Assembly: GCA_944326815.1 (NCBI GenBank)
Contig: CALVFI010000007.1
Coordinates: 22,205-86,204 of the forward strand
From: an uncultured Rikenellaceae bacterium
Lineage (GTDB): Bacteria; Bacteroidota; Bacteroidia; Bacteroidales; Rikenellaceae
Length of the DNA stretch: 64,000 nt
Reading direction: 5' to 3'
Shown: one piece after another, positions 56,614-64,000 of the stretch
How positions within the stretch are numbered: position 1 is the stretch's first letter
Layout: each line of letters opens with the position of its first letter
Made by a program: the position numbers and the translations under genes
Notes under the pieces: model-generated
Databases searched by the model: none
The model's input: the letters and a program-made list of their open reading frames with translations, nothing else
What the model was told of the DNA's origin: nothing

Positions 56614-57603
56614 ATGGAGACAGTACTTAGCGGCATCCGCTCAACCGGTCAGTTGCATCTGGGAAACTACTTCGGTGCACTGAAGAATTTCGTTAAAATG
56701 CAGCACGATGCCTGTTGTTATTTTTTCATCGCAGACTACCATTCGCTCACCACACATCCTGATCCGAAGCTGTTGCACGATAATGTCAAAAATGCACTCT
56801 CGGAGTACCTGGCGGCCGGTCTTGACCCCGAAGTTGCTACAATTTATATCCAAAGCGACCTACCTCAGACAGCCGAGTTATCGCTTCTGTTGAGCATGCA
56901 TGCCTATGTGGGCGAACTATCTAAAACGGTTTCGTTCAAGGACAAGATTCGCCAACAACCCAACAATATCAACGCCGGACTGCTCTGCTATCCTGTTTTA
57001 ATGGCGGCCGACATTCTGATCCATCGCGCCACGCGCGTACCGGTCGGCAAAGACCAAGAGCAGCATCTGGAGATGACCCGTAACTTTGCCCAGCGATTCA
57101 ACCAATTCTATGGAGTAGACTATTTCCCGCTTCCGCAATCCTACAATTTCGGCGAAGCGTCGATCAAGGTTCCGGGACTCGACGGCAGCGGCAAAATGGG
57201 CAAAAGCGAAGGCAACGGCGTATTTCTCGTAGACACCGATGAAGTTATCCGCAAAAAGGTCATGAAAGCCAAGACCGATTCCGGTCCTACAGAGCCCAAT
57301 CAGCCGATGCCCGAGGCAATCGAGAATCTCTTTACGATCATGCAAATCGTCTCGCCGGCCGATACCTACCACTATTTTCTCGACAAATATAACAACTGCG
57401 AGATCCGTTACGGTGACATGAAGAAACAGTTGGCCGAGGATATGATCGCCGTAATCGCCCCGATCCGCGAACGCATCGACGACATCCGTTCGAACGACAA
57501 ATACCTGCACGAAGTGGTCAGCGAAGGGGCGCGTAAAGCGGCCGAAAATGCCAACCGCACCCTGAAGGAGGTCCGCGAAATCATGGGAATCAAACCATTT
57601 TAA
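56614..57603 (+). CDS. trpS: tryptophan--tRNA ligase
   Basis: 329 aa with GIRSTGQLHLGNYFG and SGKMGKSEGN class I signatures. Confidence 0.95.
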   Translation: METVLSGIRSTGQLHLGNYFGALKNFVKMQHDACCYFFIADYHSLTTHPDPKLLHDNVKNALSEYLAAGLDPEVATIYIQSDLPQTAELSLLLSMHAYVGELSKTVSFKDKIRQQPNNINAGLLCYPVLMAADILIHRATRVPVGKDQEQHLEMTRNFAQRFNQFYGVDYFPLPQSYNFGEASIKVPGLDGSGKMGKSEGNGVFLVDTDEVIRKKVMKAKTDSGPTEPNQPMPEAIENLFTIMQIVSPADTYHYFLDKYNNCEIRYGDMKKQLAEDMIAVIAPIRERIDDIRSNDKYLHEVVSEGARKAAENANRTLKEVREIMGIKPF

Positions 57604-57771
57604 CATTTCCGGGCATCGATCACCACCGAAAGGACTAAAGAGAAAGATTCCCCAGCAGGTGATACCGGAAGAAAGTTGGAATGAAACAAACCGAGAGTGT
57701 CGGACGTACCAATTCAAAGAGTTGGGATAACAGCCCGGGATCAACATCGTAATAACCAAAGCCGATAAACC

Positions 57772-59547
57772 TTGACGCGACTGGAGATTGCATACCGCTA
57801 TTTCATGCTGCTAAGCAAGCGCCTTTCCGACAAACAGTTGATGATGATTCTTGCAATCATCGTCGGCTTGTTGGCCGGTCTGGGGACCTATGTGTTCGAA
57901 ATGCTGCTCTACTGGATCAAATACGCACTGGTGAGTTGGTTTCCCGTGGATAGCGCCAGCTTCCTTTTCCTGATCTACCCCGCGACGGGAATCATTCTGG
58001 CATCGCTGTTTGTCCGTTACGTCATCAAAGACAACATCTCCGAAGGCGTAACACGCGTACTGTACGCCATGTCAAAAAAAGGGTCACGTATCAAAGCTCA
58101 CAACTGCTATTCGTCGATTGTCGGCGGAGCCACGACCATCGGATTCGGCGGATCGGTCGGTCCCGAGGCCCCGATTGTCCTCACAGGAGCCGCCATCGGT
58201 TCCAACGTGGGGAAGTTCATGCGCATGAACTACAAGCACATCACCATGTTGCTCGGATGCGGTGCGGCAGCGGCTTTGGCAGCGATCTTCAAAGCCCCAA
58301 TTTCAGGTGTGATCTTCGTGCTGGAGATCCTGATGCTCGACATCACCGTGTCGTCAGTCATCCCTTTGCTGATCTCCTCCGTAACAGCCACCACACTCGT
58401 CTTTTTCCTCAAGGGTTTCGAACCCGTGCTCGACGTCACCGTCACAGGAACTTTCGAGCTGGGCAATCTCCCCATGTATATCGTCCTGGGACTCTCCTGC
58501 GGACTGGTCTCCTACTATTTCACCAGTCTCAACGCTTGGATCGGCGAACGATTCCACCGGCTGACCTCCCCCCAAAAGAAATGGCTCTGGGGAGGGGTGA
58601 TTCTCGGGGTGTTGATCTTCATCTTTCCTCCACTGTACGGCGAAGGCTACGAGGCATTCACGAACCTGATGCACGGACGCATTGAGACCCTGTTCGACAA
58701 CTCGTTGTTCTATCGCTATAAGGACATTCCCTGGGTGATTGCCCTGTATCTGTTGGCCATCCTGCTGTTCAAGGTGATTGCCATGGCTGCCACCAACGCC
58801 GCCGGCGGCGTAGGCGGGACATTTGCCCCTTCGCTATTCGTAGGGGCTTTTACGGGCGGTCTGCTGGCCTACTCCTGCAACACCTTCCTGGGGATGAATC
58901 TGCCGATTCTGAACTTCACCCTCGTGGGTATGGCCGGAGTGATGTCGGGAGTGATGAAAGCCCCGCTGACCTCGATCTTCCTCATCGCAGAGTTGTCGAA
59001 CGGCTATGCGTTGTTTATCCCTCTGATGATCGTCACGACGGCCTCGTTCGTCATCGGCTACTATTTCGATCCCTACTCCATCTACACCAAAAAACTAGAA
59101 CAGAGCGGAGAACTGCTCACCCACAACAAGGACAAATCGGTGATGGTTTTCCTGCACCTCAACGAACTGATGGAAACAGACTTCTATGAATTAGACGAAA
59201 AGGCACGTCTGGGAGATGTCGTAAAACTCATCGCCAAGGTACGGCGCAATATCTTTCCCGTCGTTAATTCCAAAGGGGAACTGATGGGTGTTGTGCAGCT
59301 CGATGATTTGCGGGCCGACATGTTCGATCCGACAAAGTACGATACCCCCATCGAGAACTATATGATTCCACCGCCGGACACCATTATGCCCAATGAACAG
59401 ATCATGAGCGTACTCGACCGTTTCGAGCAATCGAAAGCGTGGATGCTTCCCGTCGTAGACAAAAACGGCAAATACGTGGGCTTCATCTCGAAATCCCGTA
59501 TTCTGGCCGCCTATCGTCAACAGTTGGTAGAAATCAGCGAATCCTAA
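57772..59547 (+). CDS. ClC-family voltage-gated chloride channel/antiporter with C-terminal CBS pair
   Basis: GFGGSVGPEAP and GGTFAPSLFVG selectivity-filter-type motifs, plus a C-terminal region of about 150 aa with two CBS-like repeats. The start is TTG 57772 (ORF track). The first ATG is 57805, so the start is uncertain. Confidence 0.85.
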   Translation: MTRLEIAYRYFMLLSKRLSDKQLMMILAIIVGLLAGLGTYVFEMLLYWIKYALVSWFPVDSASFLFLIYPATGIILASLFVRYVIKDNISEGVTRVLYAMSKKGSRIKAHNCYSSIVGGATTIGFGGSVGPEAPIVLTGAAIGSNVGKFMRMNYKHITMLLGCGAAAALAAIFKAPISGVIFVLEILMLDITVSSVIPLLISSVTATTLVFFLKGFEPVLDVTVTGTFELGNLPMYIVLGLSCGLVSYYFTSLNAWIGERFHRLTSPQKKWLWGGVILGVLIFIFPPLYGEGYEAFTNLMHGRIETLFDNSLFYRYKDIPWVIALYLLAILLFKVIAMAATNAAGGVGGTFAPSLFVGAFTGGLLAYSCNTFLGMNLPILNFTLVGMAGVMSGVMKAPLTSIFLIAELSNGYALFIPLMIVTTASFVIGYYFDPYSIYTKKLEQSGELLTHNKDKSVMVFLHLNELMETDFYELDEKARLGDVVKLIAKVRRNIFPVVNSKGELMGVVQLDDLRADMFDPTKYDTPIENYMIPPPDTIMPNEQIMSVLDRFEQSKAWMLPVVDKNGKYVGFISKSRILAAYRQQLVEISES

Positions 59548-59558
59548 ACGACCATTTC

Positions 59559-60443
59559 ATGAAAAATTTCAAGCATTTTGTCATCACTCGCTTCAACCTG
59601 AATCTTTACCCCCGCGACAAGCATCAGTCGCCTACCCGTACAGAGAAATGGTTGAGCAATCGTTTCGAAATTTTCGAACGTTACTGCTTGCCCTCCATGA
59701 AAGCACAAACAACGGACCAATATACGTGGATTTGCCTGTTCGACAGCCAGACGCCGGAAGAATACCGCAATAGAATCGAAGGTTATCGGAACGAATGTCC
59801 TGCTTTTACTCCAATCTATTACAACGCGGAGCAAACAGAACGATTGACGGAAAGCTTGCGCCATACCTTGTCTGCCTGTCATCCACACAAGGGGAAAGGT
59901 CGCACTTGCCTTCTCATTACCACCAATCTCGACAACGACGACGCACTTGCCTGCGATACGGTCGCGCTGCTCCAACAAGAGATACTTCGGCAAGGATTCG
60001 GTCCGCAGCCGGCATCATCCGATCGACCTCGGACGATTTACAGCCTGCTCTACGGCTACCAGTACTTCACAGATCAGAAATTTGCCCTCAAAATGCGTTA
60101 CACGAACAACCATTTCCTCACCCTGGCAGAGCCATTCGACGATCGTGCAGAGACCATCATCTCTTTTCGTCACACGAAAGCCACACGCCAACTGCCGACA
60201 ATCTATTTGGACACGCCGCACGGGAAATGGCTCGAATTCGTCCATAAAGATAACGTAAGTAACGATTTCCGAATCAACAGCAAGGTCGTGAACATTCCTG
60301 TGCTGTACAGCCGATCGTTCCGAGATTTCGGACTACCGCTCCGCACCACTTGGTGGAGCCAATGGTTTAAGACCTTGACCTTGTTACCCGCCCAATTCGT
60401 AGTAACTGCATACACAAGACTGAAACGTAAAATTCATAAATAA
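59559..60443 (+). CDS. glycosyltransferase of the putative rhamnosyl-transferase type
   Basis: I prefer ATG 59559 (MKNFKHFVITRFNLNLY...WLSNRFEIFERYCLPSMKAQT..YTWICLFD). This N-terminal pattern is what I remember for that family. It is not HMM-verified. Confidence 0.55.
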   Translation: MKNFKHFVITRFNLNLYPRDKHQSPTRTEKWLSNRFEIFERYCLPSMKAQTTDQYTWICLFDSQTPEEYRNRIEGYRNECPAFTPIYYNAEQTERLTESLRHTLSACHPHKGKGRTCLLITTNLDNDDALACDTVALLQQEILRQGFGPQPASSDRPRTIYSLLYGYQYFTDQKFALKMRYTNNHFLTLAEPFDDRAETIISFRHTKATRQLPTIYLDTPHGKWLEFVHKDNVSNDFRINSKVVNIPVLYSRSFRDFGLPLRTTWWSQWFKTLTLLPAQFVVTAYTRLKRKIHK

Positions 60444-61847
60444 GTGACACACGAAGAAACATTCCATCAATCGGAATCGGCCACCAAAATGCTTGGCACG
60501 GAGAAACTCTCCCGGCTACTTCCACGTTATGCCATTCCTTCGATCATTGCAATGACCGCAGCATCGCTCTACAACATGGCCGACAGTATCTTCATCGGTC
60601 ACGGCGTAGGACCGCTCGCCATTGCAGGACTGGCAATCACCATGCCCCTGATGAACCTCACCTCCGCTTTCGGCTCGATGGTCGGAATCGGAGCCTCATC
60701 GCTCATGTCCATCAAACTCGGACAAAACGACCGACATAGCGCCATGTCGATTCTGGGCAACGTCATCCTGCTCAATGCCATCATCGGCTTCGGCTTCGGA
60801 ATGCTCTGTCTGATACTGCTAAAACCTATTCTCGCCCTGTTCGGAGCCAGTCCAGAAACTCTGCCCTATGCACAAGACTACATGACCATCATCCTCTCAG
60901 GCAATATCTTCACGCACCTCTATCTTGGCATGAACGACTCACTCCGAGCCTCGGGCTATCCGCGCAAGGCGATGGCCATCATGCTGACCGCCGTTATCAC
61001 GAATGTCGTATTAGACGCTATCTTCGTGCTCGGGTTCAACTGGGGGATTGCCGGTGCCGCCTGGGCTACCGTGATTGCCCAAGTATTGGCCATGGGGTTG
61101 GAAGCCGCTCACTTCTTCGACAAAAAACATTACATCCACTTCTCACGTGAGATATTTCGTCTACGGGCCAAAATCGTACGTGGCATCCTGTCAATCGGTC
61201 TGGCACCGTTTCTGATGAACGTATGCGCCAGTATCGTAGTCATTTTTATCAATAAAGCACTCAAAGAGAGCGGAGGCGCCATGGGCGACCTGTACGTCGG
61301 CGCATACGGTATCGTCAATCGTGTGATCTTCATCTTTGTGATGATTGTCATCGGGCTCAACCAAGGGATGCAGCCCATCGTCGGCTACAACTACGGAGCC
61401 CGAAAGTTCGACCGCGTAAAGAAGGTGCTTCGTATGGTGATCACCATTGCCGTCTGCATCACAACGACCGGATGCCTTTTAAGTCATCTGATGCCTAAAG
61501 CCATAGGTATGATGTTCACCACCGACCCAACGCTGCTCCAGATTTCGGAAGAGGGACTTCGGATTGCCACCCTTGCATTCCCGTTGGTCGGATTCCAAAT
61601 GGTATCGACTAACTTTTTCCAGTCGATCGGGCTGGCCCACAAGGCTATCTTCCTATCGCTCACGCGTCAGATGTTGTTCCTGCTGCCCATGCTGATTCTC
61701 CTGCCCCCCATATTCGGGACCAAAGGCGTCTGGATGAGCATGCCTATTGCAGATACCGTATCGACCATATTGACGGCCATCCTGCTGGTTCGTCAGTTCA
61801 AGAAATTCCATGCCATGCAGGAGGCAAATCAACCAACCGGAATGTAG
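60444..61847 (+). CDS. MATE-family efflux transporter
   Basis: 12-TM profile with LLPRYAIPSIIAMTAASLYNMADSIFIGHG. GTG 60444 abuts the upstream stop. ATG 60489 is an alternative start. Confidence 0.85.
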   Translation: MTHEETFHQSESATKMLGTEKLSRLLPRYAIPSIIAMTAASLYNMADSIFIGHGVGPLAIAGLAITMPLMNLTSAFGSMVGIGASSLMSIKLGQNDRHSAMSILGNVILLNAIIGFGFGMLCLILLKPILALFGASPETLPYAQDYMTIILSGNIFTHLYLGMNDSLRASGYPRKAMAIMLTAVITNVVLDAIFVLGFNWGIAGAAWATVIAQVLAMGLEAAHFFDKKHYIHFSREIFRLRAKIVRGILSIGLAPFLMNVCASIVVIFINKALKESGGAMGDLYVGAYGIVNRVIFIFVMIVIGLNQGMQPIVGYNYGARKFDRVKKVLRMVITIAVCITTTGCLLSHLMPKAIGMMFTTDPTLLQISEEGLRIATLAFPLVGFQMVSTNFFQSIGLAHKAIFLSLTRQMLFLLPMLILLPPIFGTKGVWMSMPIADTVSTILTAILLVRQFKKFHAMQEANQPTGM

Positions 61848-61851
61848 CCTT

Positions 61852-62454
61852 ATGAATCGACCTTTTATCATCACCATCGGCCGGCAATACGGAAGCGGCG
61901 GCCGCGATATCGGGAAACAACTCGCTCAAATGTTCGGAATCGACTATTACGACAAGGAACTGCTGCTCGAAGCGGCTCGCGAAAGCGGACTGCAAGAGGA
62001 CTTCTTGGAACAGACGGATGAACGTACTCCGGGCACGCTTATACATGCACTTACTACTGCCTTTGCGGGCAGTTGGGGGGCATCGGGAGAGAACATCTAT
62101 AAATTCCAGTCGGCTGCCATCCGACGTTTGGCAGCCAAAGGTTCCTGCGTCATCGTAGGCCGCACGGCAGATTATATCTTACGCGACAACCCACGGTGTT
62201 TCAACTTCTTTATCCATGCTCCACAGAAAATTCGTCTGGCACGTATCATGGAACGAGAAGGTATCTCAGAAAAAGCAGCACGGGAACGTATTGCCAAAAT
62301 CGACAAGACACGTGCCTCCTACTATAATTTCTACACTGACAAGGAGTGGGGCAACAGTGCCTCCTACCATATGTCGATCGACTCCTCTATGCTGGGTACA
62401 ACGCGCAGTGCCGAATTCATTCGGGATTTCTTGAAGAAGATCCTCAATATCTGA
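61852..62454 (+). CDS. cytidylate-kinase-like family protein
   Basis: I prefer ATG 61852 (MNRPFIITIGRQYGSGGRDIGKQLA), which has a P-loop-like start typical of this family. Confidence 0.7.
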   Translation: MNRPFIITIGRQYGSGGRDIGKQLAQMFGIDYYDKELLLEAARESGLQEDFLEQTDERTPGTLIHALTTAFAGSWGASGENIYKFQSAAIRRLAAKGSCVIVGRTADYILRDNPRCFNFFIHAPQKIRLARIMEREGISEKAARERIAKIDKTRASYYNFYTDKEWGNSASYHMSIDSSMLGTTRSAEFIRDFLKKILNI

Positions 62455-62479
62455 AGTCCGGCCGTTCTTTTCAATGCAA

Positions 62480-62519
62480 AAAGAGATAAGCGCTGCTCAA
62501 GTGCAGCGCTTATCTCTTT
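62480..62519. terminator. bidirectional rho-independent terminator
   Basis: 17-bp perfect stem AAAGAGATAAGCGCTGC / GCAGCGCTTATCTCTTT with a 6-nt loop, between convergent genes. Confidence 0.75.
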
Positions 62520-62546
62520 CACAAAAACGCAAGGATTCCTCCTTCA

Positions 62547-63989
62547 TCAATGCTTGTATGGCTTCCCTTCGTGCGTATGGGTAAAGACCTTGCCTTTGAC
62601 CTTCTCCCCCTTATCCTGAGCCAGACGGGTCTGAGTCGGATACTCAAGTTGTTCAAGCTCCTCAACGGCCGCACGGATATCGGAAAGAAGCATATCCACC
62701 ATATCGCGACTCATTCCCTGACGCACGACAATGCGCATCACCACGCAATCCTGCACATTGGCAGGAAGCGTATAGGCAGGAACCATCCATCCGCTCTGCT
62801 GTAGTTTTGCCTGAAGATCATAAAGCGTCCATTTGGCCTTTTTCGCATATTCCGGCTTCATATACCAGATGAACAGCGGATTCTCCACCTCCTTGCTGTA
62901 ATTCATGAAAGGAGCCATTCGACCGATCTGCTCATGACAGTAACGGGTCACCTCCATGCAGTTGTTCTGAATGGCCTTATAACCATCGAATCCGAGCCGA
63001 ATGAACTGATAGTACTGACCGAGTATCTGTGCTGCGGGTCGCGAGAAGTTCAATCCGACCTGTGTGATATTGGCACCGAGATAATTGACACTGAAAGCCA
63101 TCACTCCCGGCAGATATTTCTTGTCTCGCCATACGACCCATCCCAAGCCGGGATACACCAGCCCAAACTTGTGCCCCGAGGTACTAATCGAGAGCACCCA
63201 CTTCAGACGGAAGTCCCATTTCACCTCCGGATTGAGGAACGGCAGGATATATCCTCCCGAAGCGGCATCGACATGAATCGGAATGTCGTAGCCGGTTTTC
63301 TTATTGTAGGCATCGAGTGCCTTGTCGAGTGCCTCCACATCATCATTCAATCCGGTCCAGGTGACTCCTTCGATAGGGACGACACAGATGGTATTCTCGT
63401 CGCAATATTTGATGGCCTCTTCCGGATCGAGGGTGGGTTTTTCAAAGGTCAAAGGCACGGTACGCATCTCGATCTGCCACAACTGGCTGAACTTCTCCCA
63501 CACCACCTGATAAGCACTCGAAATGACGAAATTGGGCTTATCGGTCGGTTTTCCCTGTGCCTTGCGTTTCTCCTTCCAACGGAGCCACGCCGCCACGCCC
63601 CCGAGCATACAGGCTTCGGAGGAACCGATTGCCACGGCACCGGCTTTCCATTGAGCTTTCTCCGGCGAATTCCACAGATTGGCGATAATGTTGATGCAAC
63701 GGCCGGCCATAACAGCTACACGCGGATACTCCGTCTCGTCGATATAGTTCATGTTAATCGCCTCGTTCATCAACTTCGTAGCATAACGGTCCATATACGT
63801 TGTGACAAAAGTAGCGAGATTCAGACGGGGCTGGGTCTGCGGGAACGTCTCGTCCTTGACCATCTGATAGGCAATCTCGGGGGTGGTAGGATGCTGAGGA
63901 ATCTTATCCGTGGGGGCAGGATTCAACATCTCTTCCGAACCGAACACCGATGTTTCGGCATTGGCTCTTTCATAGTTCAGACTTTTCAT
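62547..63989 (-). CDS. gadB: glutamate decarboxylase (PLP-dependent)
   Basis: 480 aa with PRLNLATFVTTYMD, the PLP-lysine motif ISTSGHKFGLVYPG and a C-terminal tail. Confidence 0.9.
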   Translation of the reverse strand: MKSLNYERANAETSVFGSEEMLNPAPTDKIPQHPTTPEIAYQMVKDETFPQTQPRLNLATFVTTYMDRYATKLMNEAINMNYIDETEYPRVAVMAGRCINIIANLWNSPEKAQWKAGAVAIGSSEACMLGGVAAWLRWKEKRKAQGKPTDKPNFVISSAYQVVWEKFSQLWQIEMRTVPLTFEKPTLDPEEAIKYCDENTICVVPIEGVTWTGLNDDVEALDKALDAYNKKTGYDIPIHVDAASGGYILPFLNPEVKWDFRLKWVLSISTSGHKFGLVYPGLGWVVWRDKKYLPGVMAFSVNYLGANITQVGLNFSRPAAQILGQYYQFIRLGFDGYKAIQNNCMEVTRYCHEQIGRMAPFMNYSKEVENPLFIWYMKPEYAKKAKWTLYDLQAKLQQSGWMVPAYTLPANVQDCVVMRIVVRQGMSRDMVDMLLSDIRAAVEELEQLEYPTQTRLAQDKGEKVKGKVFTHTHEGKPYKH

Positions 63990-64000
63990 AGAAATAAAAT

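Noticed and set aside
57604-57771. 168-nt spacer between trpS and the ClC gene, considered as a fluoride (crcB-motif) riboswitch or other leader element.
   Set aside because: I could not find the conserved fluoride-riboswitch core. The channel has a C-terminal CBS pair, unlike the short fluoride-specific ClC clade as I remember it. There is no convincing terminator/antiterminator pair. An Rfam scan would settle it.
1-64000. Search by eye for CRISPR arrays, rRNA, IS elements, integrases, prophage genes, toxin-antitoxin pairs, retron/DGR reverse transcriptases and known defence-system signatures.
   Set aside because: I found no regularly spaced direct repeats, and no ORF has recombinase, transposase, RT, nuclease-helicase or phage-structural motifs. 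The only repeats are the coding GLUG units, homopolymer tracts and terminator palindromes.

Overview
This is a chromosomal window from a Bacteroidota (Bacteroidales-type) genome. Supporting features are a SusC/SusD pair, many lipoprotein signal peptides, a MurF-Alr fusion and recurrent TAnnTTTG -7 promoter boxes. Hand-counted backbone samples are about 55-58% G+C, so an Alistipes-like lineage is a reasonable guess that I cannot verify here. I support 44 protein-coding calls (one is a speculative 44-aa ORF absent from the ORF track), one tRNA-Pro(GGG), 12 hairpin terminators and a set of promoter boxes. Positions 21.7-64 kb are mostly housekeeping: TonB-dependent receptor, DsbD-like, RNase R, split ChrA pair, RsmE, Dcp, MurF-Alr, AhcY, CysK, Nif3, Lon, ValS, TrpS, ClC, MATE and glutamate decarboxylase. 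This part also holds one regulatory island: an ECF-type sigma factor, the 44-aa ORF, a hybrid histidine kinase, a sigma-54 activator, palindromic upstream sites and a small acidic disordered secreted protein. The accessory part is 2.3-21.6 kb, downstream of tRNA-Pro. It contains an AT-rich islet with an orphan secreted protein, two fimbrillin-family lipoproteins (one fused to a 10-unit GLUG-type repeat) and a GH5-like lipoprotein. It ends with a Sus-like locus that has no regulator gene: SusC with a G9 tract in its signal-peptide region, SusD, two lipoproteins with acidic export-signal-like N-termini, then a tandem zinc-metalloprotease pair. The second protease copy has lost all three zinc ligands and the catalytic Glu. 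The SusC-to-PKD-like cassette is compositionally foreign (about 30-45% G+C in samples). This protease-linked Sus-like locus is my best candidate for an uncharacterised system. I saw no CRISPR array, rRNA, integrase or transposase. All family names come from motif recognition and remembered synteny, not from searches.
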